Source: Eledone cirrhosa
Taxonomy: Eukaryota
NCBI GenBank assembly: GCA_964016885.1
Contig: OZ024743.1
Location: 311,302,001-311,366,000, forward strand
Direction of reading: 5' to 3'
Length of the DNA stretch: 64,000 bases
In this document: piece by piece, positions 41,726-54,298 of the stretch
How the letters are laid out: each line of letters starts with the position of its first letter
Position numbering within the stretch: the first letter of the stretch is position 1
The notes under the pieces: model-generated
Databases searched by the model: none
What the model was told of the DNA's origin: nothing
Seen by the model: only the letters and a program-made list of their open reading frames with translations
Made by a program: the position numbers and the translations under genes

Positions 41726-42739
41726 TAATTCAAAAGCCTTCACCATGTCACAAATGAGTACTATGTCAAGGGTGCTGTATGAAGAATGCTCAGCCTCTTG
41801 TACGTTAATTTCACGAGCAGTGTGTTCGACCAATCAAACAACTGCAATAATCATTGTCGAAATCGCTGATAATCCATTTATTAGTTTTAATCTTTGTGAG
41901 TGGAGCGGGATTGTTACTATGTCTTCATCTCTTCCCGACTAAAAGGAATCACTAGGAATGTTTTCCAATATATTCAATTACTAAATAAAATACACACTTC
42001 GTGCTTTTTTCCCAGTTTCTTTGATTTGATTGTGTTTGCTCTGATATCTCTGAAACGATAATCTCGTATTTGTTGTTGTCAGAATTCACTACGTTAAACA
42101 CGGGGAATCATTGAATGTGTGAAAATGTGACAATATTTCCTTACATGTGCAGAAAATTTACACTAAGAACTAAAAGTTACTTCGCCACTAGTACGGGAGA
42201 AATGGCAATGTTAACACATTTTCTTAGTGACATACAGACGGGGCTATCAGTTTTAAAACAAAACTGCCCGAAACAGACACTGGTTCTACGATACAAAACT
42301 ATTCATTTTGAAATATTTATATTCATCTGAAAACTTTCGATCATAGTTGTCTGTAAGAACCTTTGAGTTAGGTTCTAAACACCAGCTTATTAATGAGAAA
42401 ATTAGTTATATTACTAAATCCTTTCAATCCTTCATTATTCTTTTTAATTACTTGAAAATCCTAGGCAGTCTCCTGCATAAGAACTATGGTAACGAAAATG
42501 TTAAGGCGGTGGCATACTAGGCAGTATTCCGCGCGCGGGCCTGCGAAGCCGAAAGTCCCACTGCTAAATTAGGTATACAGTGGGTGTTTTTATAAGTGCG
42601 CCAATAAATTACCTTTCCCAGAAGCCTATAACGTTATACAGAAGACCTTGTTTGTGGATTTAAGCTTTCTCTCTATTTTATTTTTTGCGGAGGGTGGTTG
42701 ACCGATACCTTACCCGTGGAAAGATTGTAGAGAAAGAAA

Positions 42740-45125
42740 ATTGTCGTCCTCTCTTGTGTAAGCGTTCATCCCTTGAATCCTAGGAATGTTTTGCAAATTT
42801 TGAAGATTCCAGATATCGCAGCCATTTTTAGCTTATGAATTAGTTCTTTCTCCGAAAATCCAAGCTCAGTTATACTTCGTTTCAGGCGGGTTGGTACATA
42901 ACCTATAGCTCCAATAAAGACGGGAATGAAGCTGAACGTGTATTTTGGATACTGGATCTACAAACTCCTCATCCATGGTTGGTAGATATCCTCCTTCCCT
43001 TGATTTTTTCTTATCACACTGATGTCAAGTGGGGAGCTGAATTCTGCAACAGAGCATGTTTTTATTGTGTGGCAACAATATCAGGACAGTTGTACTTTTG
43101 TGGTGACAGTTTTTATTTTTAAGTTTCACCAATATTCCTTTGAGTCATCAGTCTCAACATATTCCTCCTTATTTGATTTGATTTTCGTCTTCCGTAATGC
43201 ATTCCAGGTTGTTCTAGCTATCACATCGTACCTCGTGGGAAGTTAATAATTGTTTCTACTTTAGGCACAAGGCCAGCAATTACCCAGTGCATTACTGGTA
43301 CTTTATTTTATCGACCCCGTAAGGATGAAAGACATCGTGGGAAGTTAATAATGAGAAGACATTATTTCATTGCTGGCAATAATATGGCTAGCATCTTCAA
43401 TCTTTGCTTTGCACAGCCTACATTTATTGTAAACTGAAGCTCTTTCTCATTTGTGTAGTTGATGAATATTTCTTGTTCTTGGATTGCACAGATATATCCT
43501 TCAAGGTGGAATATTATAAATTTATCGGAACTCCATGTCAGGCTTTTGTTCTTCATCTCAAGTACCCATGTACAACCTTCTCAGTGAATTGGTCCATTTT
43601 TTTCATTTTAATCGAGCATTGAGTGGAGCCTTCTAATGTTCCCGGGAGAGATATTTATAACAGGTTTTATTTCATGTCTCACTTTTAGATCACTGGCTAT
43701 CTTAATGATATTATTATTTTCATGTTCATAAACATGTGCAAGATGACTGCTGATATTTTTCTTCTATTGCAGATGTTGCTTCAATGTTATTATTCAGGTT
43801 TCGTATGATTTTAAGCCCCGGTCACCCTACTTGCGTGAGAAATATGGCCTACTCGCTTCACAATTGATTTTAAAGTTTCCACTAACACTGAGCAGTTTTC
43901 TAGTCCTTACATCCACCTCGCTCAGTTGGTGTTGGATGGACACAGCAAAAGTATAATGGGCAATATACTTGTTGTATGCTGAGAGTTCTGATGACTATGT
44001 TCTCTTTACTCTTCTAAGATATTCATTCCTGGTCCTCTCCTTATTTATGGGTTCATCATATCTGACATTTTTAACATGTCCAAGATACCTATAATTGTCA
44101 TTTGACGTTCACGGTTGTATTGCCAAGCAGTTCATGTTTACGTTTTCAGATCAGAGCACATTTCCACGTTTTATTGTCGAAAATGCACATTTAGACTCAC
44201 CAAATTCTATTCTAATGTCTGTAGAAAATTGGATAATGAGTTCCAATTGTTTTTTATTGAGGTTGATATTTGGCCCATAAAAGTTCAGTTCTTGTGTACC
44301 CTTGATACTTTCTCCATACAACCATATGAGATCTAACCGATAAAATGTTAAATTATTCGGCTAGTAACTTATTATTAGGTATGGGCCTCGGAATTTTCTG
44401 TAGAGCTGTTTCCAGTATTGCACCGTCTATTTCATAATGGTTTTGATCGACATGTTGGCAGTAATCCTGCTCCAGTTCTTTTAGCCACACAGCTTGTTTG
44501 TTGAATTTACCATTTGTTTTCCAGTAGCTCTCAATCTGATCTTTTGTTGGAGTAATTTTTACAGAGATCCAGTCTTTCACATTGAAGCTAATGATAGAGT
44601 AACTTGGGATCTGTGACAAATAACCTATTCAGCATTTACCGTTTATATGCTGTAGATTTATATTTTAGTTTTGCAGATGTAGCTGTGAGTTGTTCTTTCA
44701 GCTGGCAGTTTGGAGTTTAGGGTCTTAAACTCTGTATTTGTAAATCGCCTCTCTAATTTTATTTCTTTAGGTCTTCCTGATGTCGTGTGAAATTGTTCTC
44801 TGTTACATCTGATAACTGTAATGATCTGTGAAATATTTCTTCCGAAGAATAAAATTTCCTTATTTTAAGTTATGTGCTCATGCTGACTCAGGCTTTCTGC
44901 TTGTATCTCGATAGCATGACTTCAGCTGTTTGTGATATGCTAGCAACGTGATAGCTATAGCAAAGATAAACGGTTGCGTCTGTTGTTTTCATACCTCGAG
45001 ACTGTGCGACCATCAGATAGTTGTGTTTATTTTCAAAACAGACGATGATCTTCTTTAAATGTTTCGACAAAGTTATGTTAGGATTAAATTTAACTCTGTT
45101 ACCCGTTTGGGTAATTTTTCCTTTC
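42740..45125 (-). mobile_element. R4/Dong-like non-LTR retrotransposon remnant
   Basis: PTKDQIESYW..FNKQAVWL, RYLG, EGYICAIQEQEI followed by a zinc-knuckle region, and C-terminal FIPVFIGAIGYVP. Many stops. Confidence 0.65.
43243..43331 (-). mobile_element. 5'-truncated SINE inserted in the R4-like element
   Basis: Near-identical to 40007-40095. Flanked by direct repeat cgtggg(g)aagttaataat. Confidence 0.8.
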
Positions 45126-45929
45126 AAGTTGTATGTATGTATGTATGTATGTATGTATGTATGTATGTATGTATGTATGTATGTATGTATGTTCTTCTGG
45201 TTTAATAATTTTATAAAATTTTACCTATAGAGAGAGTCGTTTTCTAACATAGTCACAAGACTCTTTCATTGAAATTTATACATCAACTAGGTAGATATGT
45301 CTCCATGTCTGCAGGTGTGCATGTGTGTGCAGGTATGGATGTTATTGTATGTGTGGATGTGGATGTTTTGAGTTATGTGTGTGCATGTGCACATGTTTTG
45401 TATCTGTACATGTGTTATGCAGCCATTACATGCAGAACTTTTATGTATGTATATACATGGCCGTCTTATGATATGGACATACTGGAGTTCCAACGGTAGT
45501 AGAGGCGCAATGCTAATTCATGAAAGCAGTTGCTATGAATGAATGTGAGAGATCGAGTGCGTTGCTTTGACCGAAAACCTACTGTGTCTAGAGGCCGAAT
45601 GTAAGCTGTGGTTGTATATGTGTGTGGAACCTTGTGCATATCTTTGCTCAGGAGCTTATAATGCTGTCAAGACAGTACTGCATAGTCATCATATATGATT
45701 ATATCTATTACATTTATTACATTATCTATTATTAGGGTCATTAAATTTTATTCATCATATCTATAATATATTTTTTTTCCACATATTTTCTATATTCATT
45801 ATATTTGCGATAAAGTAGAAACAATTATATTTGCGATATTCTTTCACTGATTACAATCGTTTTCACATAATTTTACTCACAAGCCATTGGTCAACATTAG
45901 GCTACAGTTTTTTAAAATTATTATTTAAC

Positions 45930-46148
45930 CGGTGGATTGGCAGTATGGGTAGAGAGTCGGACACTTTGCTTTGTAGTATAGAGTTACGACCCTTTACGTT
46001 CTGGGTTCAAATTCCGCCGAGGTTAACTTTGCCTTTCAGCCTTACGGGGTCGATAAAATAAAGTACCAGTAATGTACTGGATCGATTTAATCGACTTTCC
46101 CCTCGTCCCAAATTGCTGGCCTTGTGCCTAAGCTAGAAATCGTTATTT
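45930..46148 (+). mobile_element. tRNA-related SINE, near full length
   Basis: gattggcagtatgg..gggttcaaattccgccgaggttaactttgcctttc..gtcgataaaataaagtaccagt..ggccttgtgcc. Confidence 0.8.
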
Positions 46149-46397
46149 AAGCTGTACTTGTTGGTTGGTTTTATCCCCAACGTCAAGTCAGAACATTGGA
46201 TCAGTATATTTTATCCTACAAACCAACTCAACGTAGGGGATTTTGTGGAGTAACAGGCAACTAGATCAACCCAAATAACTAAATGCTTACCCACAAACGC
46301 ACACATACACACAAACACAGAGAGAGATGGGTAGATATTGGACATATAGACCTTGTGGAACCAATCTTTCCTGGACTTAACACAGCGGATTACATCC

Positions 46398-46433
<36 letters not shown>

Positions 46434-46544
46434 AGGATAACAATAAATCGTTAAAGGTAATCCGATAAGAGTCATGGAGAGTTTAAGCGAACGGTACTCT
46501 GTGACTCAACAAGAGGTTTACGTTGGTGACGATTTTATGATTTC

Positions 46545-46980
46545 GCTTGTATTCCTATGTAAATATATATTGGAGTAATAAAAAAGTGAAGAATAACATG
46601 GTTGACAGTACAAACAAGGATATTTATTTACAGTATTACAATTGTTTCCATGATAGAATTGTTTATAAATTGCTAAATATTGGAGACAGTATAACTCAAT
46701 TCACAATACATCTAACTTCAAACATTTCAGCAGAGACAACTAAGAAATATAAAATATATATATTTCTTAGTTGTCTCTGATGAAATGATTGTAGTTAGAT
46801 GTATTCTAAATTGAGTTATACTGTCTCCAGTATTTAGCAATTTATAAACAATTCTATAATTCTATCATGGAAACAATTGTAATACTGTAAATAAATATCC
46901 TTGTTTGTACTGTCAACCATGTTATTCTTCACTTTTATATATATATATAAAAGTGAAGAATAACATGGTTGACAGTAATA
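46545..46980. mobile_element. Fold-back mini-element with enlarged-helix-II HHR (plus 46773-46885)
   Basis: 46582-46752 is inverted at 46760-46936. CTGATGA-a-atgat..atcat-g-GAAA-caattg-TA-atac. Terminus is related to 30070-30122. Confidence 0.8.
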
Positions 46981-47020
46981 CACTAGGTAATTGCTGGCCT
47001 TGTGCCAAATGTAGAAACAG

Positions 47021-47090
<70 letters not shown>

Positions 47091-47149
47091 GTTATTCCGG
47101 GTTGAATCGGAGGTAACCACAGTAAGTAAGGTACTCAATACATTGCAGA

Positions 47150-48117
<968 letters not shown>

Positions 48118-51100
48118 GGGGTAACAAATAATAGTTATATGCAGTCCACTTAGGTGTAGTCCAGTTATGGTATTCCGGGTAGTGGATGATATCAACGCTA
48201 GGCTTGGTTTGACTCAACAAGGAGTATTCATAGTGATGTTGCGAGTATGCTGTAATTCCTATGTTGTAAACACTTGGAGTAATAATAAATCAGGAAAGAA
48301 GATTGACATGGTTTGCAATACAAAAAAGGTTTTTAATCTCATTGCTGACAATTGTTTCTCTGAACTGGTAGGTCTAGAGATCGCTATTCGTTTGTTTTCA
48401 CGTTACTCGATCGCCAATACAAAATTATAACCAGTCAGTTCTTCGGAGCATGCGAGAATGAAGAGAATATACAGGCATGAATGGAATATACAGGCTACTA
48501 TATGAAGTAGTAATGGCATTCAGTTAGAACAATAACAACAATTACAACAATGCTAGTAATAAATTATTTGAGGAGACCCTGACATTACATTAGGTGGGGG
48601 GTATAGTGTATCTAAGATTTCGGCGTGTAAAGCTAGCTGACATGAAGCAGAAGTATAAGTTTGGCATGTCGTAGGGTGTATTGTATCAATTTTAAAGATA
48701 AGCCGGTGTTTATCACCAATATAGGTCAGGTGGCCGTAATGTTCAGTATTTATCTGACCGACGAAGTATTTATCATTGAGTAGAATTTGTGTGGTCTACA
48801 TTAGATGAGAATACAGTCTTTCTTTTCATCTTCAATAACATACATGTATGGGACAACACTGTCAAAGCTAAATAGTGGGCGAGTTAATACAGAGGTTAAG
48901 GAGGCAATACATATATATATATATATACACATATATACACACACACATATATATACACACGCATGTGTACACAGACACATACATACACATCAATATACAC
49001 TTGTACAAATACATACATATATGCAAAGAGATAAACATGCTGACTGTAATTATGGCAAAAGGAAGGTAAAGTTACATTGTAGTAGTGATTTGAGAAATTC
49101 TTGGATTTAGGATCAAGTGATGGCAGCAGCTGAGAAGAAATAAGTTTATGGGTTGATGAGGTACTTACAGACATTTGTGTGGTAAAGACTTGTGAAGGCT
49201 AGAGTGTACTTAATGAGTATATTTCTGTGTTGATTTATGCAGGGTAGTGGGTATCCTAGTTTAAAGCTATGTTGTGTTGGTTCCATTCACGGCGGTTTGA
49301 ATCTTATGAATTTAGTGGCAATTCTATGTCTGCAGAAGATAGATCTTTCTAACTTATTGTTAAGTAGCCTTTTTACATTTTTGAGGATATACATTAGTTC
49401 TAGATCACATAGCCCGCAGTGGGACATACCTGTACTATAGGTTTTAGCAGCCGACAACTTCGACCAGTTAATGCTGTAGTTAGTGCTGCTGTCCTTCAGT
49501 TCCCATATCTTTTTGGCGAGGGTTGTGGAACCCATAAGTGCACGGTTTTTCATTGAGTGCCTGTGCACATACCATCTTTTTGTAAAAGAACCCGCGGTGG
49601 ATCCTATGTAATTCCAGGTGGAGTTATCCGAGTTGACCGTGCACATGTACACTAGGCTCGAATCGATACATCTGTTCGCCAATGGGCACCTATCTGGTAG
49701 GTGACAGTTACAGTTTGAGGCGCTATTTTGTGCAGCTTCTACACTCCTGTTTAGTACTCTGTTATAAGTGGGTTGTGATATATGCCCATTGGGGTTTTGC
49801 TGTTGCGCGTTTGTATGCGCTTGCGGTTGTGATGTTGTGATGTGTTTATGCTTATAATTTGGTGCTACGTTATGCATAGGTGCGGTTGATTTACTAGAGA
49901 TATTTCTGTGGTTGATCCTGCGTATGTGTGATTCTATATTTGCTGCTGTCGAGTATGAGAGTTTTATGGTAAATCTATTGAGTATTTTGTAATATCTATG
50001 TGAGATAGGGAAGTGTTTATCTATGAGTTTAAAGAATGTCGAGGGCAGTCAAGTTTTTATAGCGGAGTTGAAGATTGGGTTGAACCATAGGTATTTTCTT
50101 TGTCTGTTTCTTCTATTGTTTCTTGGGTTTACGTTATTAGTGTTTTGACCGTTTACTCCAGGTGCTATGTGCCTAACCCTATGTCTAGTCCAGCTATTTC
50201 TATTATTGTGTGAGCGGTTGGTGTAGTAGTTACTAGTCTTTATTCACTATATACTGCAGTTTATCCTTATGACCGGCCCTACGTAATGCTGCATTATAAT
50301 AGTCAGCATGTTCGTTAAAGATTTCTAGGTTAGAGGATAAGCGGGATATTCGGAGGGATATACTACGTGCTATGGATCTGATTATGGATTTGGGGTGGTT
50401 TGAGTTGTAACTAATGTAGGCAAGATTTTCATTATTTTTGTGGAAAGGTTCTATTAATCCTGTATTTAGATTTAGAGTCACATCTAGAAAGTTTACCTTC
50501 TTATGGTTCAGTTCGTAGGTAATACTTAGGCCTAGTTTTTTTAAGAATATTCTAATATTTTTTCTTAGTCTTTCCATGCTCTGGTTGTTTAGGTTCCTAG
50601 CTATAAGTAGCGTGTCGTCCCTATAAATTCCTCCTTGGAGGTTACTGAATTCCTTATGTAGGTTGTGTGCTATGAATAGCCCCACGATATCTGTGATTTG
50701 CGCAGAGTCATTTGATCCCATTGTTATATCGAAGCTATTTATCCTATCTTTTCTTACCCAGTAGCTATTTTCAAATTTTATGATAGTCCTTCTAGCCGCT
50801 ATTATTATTTCAATTTCATCATGGGTAAGATCAGAGTTATTTTGGGCAAATATAAGCGCCTTATCTAGGGTAGCTGGGGATATGGATGCATAGTAGTCGT
50901 CTATATCAAATTGTATGAAGTTACACGTCTCTCTATTTTGTATTTAATTGAACCATTTAATTGCCTCGTTAGTGTTGCCCCGTAAATTGATTTCTAGTTT
51001 ACCCTTTATTTGTGCGATTACCCTATCTAGAATGTTCTTACTAATTTTACCTATGTCTGACTTGGATGGGCATATTAATCTAATGGTGGGGTTAGTTTCA

Positions 51101-52026
51101 AAGTTATTTTTGTGATCCTTCAGGTTAAATGTTGGGTTGCACGGGGATAGCGGTTCGGTCCTATCGGGAATTCCGAGTTTATTAACTATCTTGAGGCCCT
51201 CCACGTTAATGCTGATGAGTGTAGATTCATTTGTTTTTTTATATTTTTTATGTAGTTCACGCTGGATAAAGCTATTGTATGTGTTAATGTCCATAGAGTA
51301 TACGTTTGATATTTTGTCTGCTTTTACTATGATACCGTTAGTGTCTTTTAGTTTTTTTAGTAGTGTATTTAAGTCATTTTGCAATTTGTTGTGAATTGTT
51401 CCTTTTTTAAATTTAGTTTCACTTATCATGTTCATAAGGTCCAGCTCGAAGGCATCGAGTGCATCGAAGGCATCGAGTGCGGGGTTGTTTGGCGGGTTTT
51501 TGCAGGATTTAAACCCGTAATTCTCCTTAGAAAATTCCTTTGCGTTGGTATTCGGTCCCTTATCGAAATGGTAAGCTTTCCATATATTGGTGATAAACAC
51601 CGGCTTATCTTTAAAATTGATACAATACACCCTACGACATGTCAAACTTATACTTCTGCTTCATGTCAGCTAGCTTTACACGCCAAAATCTTAGATACAC
51701 TATACCCCCCACCTAATGTAATGTCAGGGTCTCCTCAAATAATTTATTACTAGCAATGTTGTAATTGTTGTAATTGTTGTTATTGTTGTTATTGTTCTAA
51801 CTGAATGCCATTACTACTTCATATAGTAGCCTGTATATTCCATTCATGCCTGTATATTCTCTTCATTCTCGCATGCTCCGAAGAACTGACTGATTATAAT
51901 TTTGAATTGGCGATCGAGTAACGTGAAAACAAGCGAATAGCGATCTCTAGACCTACCTGAAACGATTGTCAGCAATGAGATTAAAAACCTTTTTTGTATT
52001 GCAAACCATGTTAATCTTCTTTCCTG

Positions 52027-52030
<4 letters not shown>
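48118..52030 (-). mobile_element. Naiad-like PLE, near full length, with inverted pseudo-LTR
   Basis: 48285-48725 is inverted at 51582-52030, with tail 48118-48285. HHR 48343-48450 (minus) reads tgct-CCGAAGA-a-ctgactggt..accagttcag-a-GAAA-caattg-TC-agca. Confidence 0.92.
49287..51582 (-). pseudogene. Naiad-like RT-GIY-YIG polyprotein, disrupted
   Basis: WKAYHF..ENYGFKS..PP, KADK, LKDHK.NF..RLICPSKSDIGKISK, FIQFDIDDYY, FDITMGS.D.A, YRDD, VNFLDV, WFNP, NCNC..CPL..C..YIGST. TAA at 50944, frameshift near 50235, TGA near 50050. Confidence 0.92.
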
Positions 52031-52095
<65 letters not shown>

Positions 52096-52262
52096 TACAT
52101 ACACCTGCATATACACATATACACACATACACACATATATATATATAAATAAATATATATATATACACACATACATGTGCACACATACATATATACATAT
52201 ATATACACATATACACACATATACACACACATATATATACACACATATACACACACATACAC

Positions 52263-52309
<47 letters not shown>

Positions 52310-52339
52310 TACATACATACATACATATATACATATATT

Positions 52340-52760
52340 AAAAAAAACTTACATCGGCATGACCTCCAATAATTTTAAGACCCGTTGGTATGCCCATACC
52401 CACTCCTTCAGAACACCGGACAAATCAAACCAGACAACACTCACCTCCTATGTTTGGGACCTCAAAGGGAACTCTACCCCTTCACGCTTAAATGGAAAAT
52501 ACTCCAGAAAGCGCGCTCTTACAACGGAGGACACAAGGACTGCGAGCTTTGTATCTCAGAGAGCTACGAAATTTTACTCGCCAAGGGCCCGCTACTGAAC
52601 AAACTCTCTGAACACTGCCCGAACTGCATGCACAAGAACTTTGCAACTTTCAAATACTTTAAGCCAGTGCTAAAGCCCGATGGCTAAAAACGACCTCCTC
52701 CTATTAGCCCCTATACCTCCTTCCAACCCTACCCCCACCCCTCCTCAACCTGAAATACGG
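52340..52760 (+). pseudogene. 5'-truncated Naiad-like GIY-YIG fragment, frameshifted
   Basis: [25 protein letters not shown], then LKWKILQKARSY..CELC..E..LLNK.SE..CMH. Its microsatellite 3' region 53300-53560 is inverted at 52080-52335. Confidence 0.85.
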
Positions 52761-53157
52761 CCACTATGGTTATGTGAGTACCTCTTACCTATCTGCATTT
52801 TCTGCCTGTAGAGCTGTTTTTATGTGCCTGAGTATATGCGTATATTTATTGAGTACTTATTTATTTGTATGTGTATATATTTGTGTGTATGTGTGTATAT
52901 GTATGTGTATATGTATATGTATGTATGTGTAAATATATAAATATATAAATATATTTATATATATATATATGTGTGTGTGTGTGGGGGTATGTATGTGTGT
53001 ATATATGTGTGTATATATATGTGTGTGTGTGTGTGGGTGTGTGTGTATATATATATGTGTTTATGTGGTTGTGTGGTTCTCTCTGTGTGTGTATTTATTT
53101 ATTTATATATGTGTGTATGTATGTATATATGTGTATATATGTGTGTGTGTATGTATG

Positions 53158-53212
<55 letters not shown>

Positions 53213-53548
53213 ATGTGTATATATATGTTTATCTATATATATATATATGTATGTATGTGTGTGTGTATATGTATGTATGTATATATGTGTGTATATGTAT
53301 ATATGTATATATGTATGTATATATGTATATATATATATGTATATATATATATATGTGTGTGTGTGTATGTGTGTGTATATGTGTGTATATATATGTGTGT
53401 GTATATGTGTGTATATGTGTATATATATGTATATGTATATATGTATATGTGCACATGTATGTGTGTATATATATATATATATTTATTTATATATATATGT
53501 GTGTGTATGTGTGTATATGTGTATATGTAGGTGTATGTATGTATGTGG

Positions 53549-53599
<51 letters not shown>

Positions 53600-53605
<6 letters not shown>

Positions 53606-54282
53606 CATATATATGATGAAACACAAATACCAACATATCTGTATTTATATTGCAAAAGAGAATTTAGCCAGAATGAAGTATACTAATTATAATATTACAG
53701 TTTGTCCATATCGATTTAAAATAATAAATCAACAAAGACGAACTGTATTGCCAAATGGCCGTGATGTTTAGACACATTTAAATTTGAAAATCAAACCTGT
53801 TCCGTAGATAAGTTTAAACTTTAAAATCCAAATATGTTTCGAGATGAAAAAGTGTAAGGAATATCATGTCCTGCTCTCTTCAGTAAACATCCAGGGACAA
53901 ATTGATATGCTTCACTTCTAAATAATTTAAAAGACTGTGTAACGCACATGGTTCCCAGTTTCTAGCTAGCCTCATAACCGTACTGCTAGAAATAACAGCC
54001 GTATATATGAGGCTACGTTCAGCTCGACCTAAGGAGCAATTATATTAAGTGTGATGAATTCTTTTACAATGAAATTAGCTCAAAAAAAGAAATATTTCTG
54101 AGCCGTGTATAAACTCATATATAGGATGAAACACAAATACCAACATATCTGTATTTATATTGCAAAAGAGAATTTAGCCAGAATGAAGTATACTAATTAT
54201 AATATTACAGTTTGTACACGGCTCAGAAATATTTCTTTCTTTGAGCTAATTTCATTGTAAAAGAATTCATTACACTTAATAT
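53600..54282 (-). mobile_element. Non-coding ~510 bp-period repeat with inverted end and HHR-like motif; related sequence at 28675-28850
   Basis: 53600-53705 repeats at 54110-54215. 54045-54108 is inverted at 54215-54280. Minus CTGAAGA-gag..ctc-GAAA-cata-TT near 53828-53888. Confidence 0.65.
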
Positions 54283-54298
54283 ATATATATATATATGT

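Noticed and set aside
49287-51582. Selenocysteine recoding, as reported for some Naiad PLEs
   Set aside because: Conserved Cys codons in the Naiad copies are ordinary TGY. The single in-frame TGA near 50050 is not at a Cys position and co-occurs with a TAA and a frameshift. No SECIS recognised.
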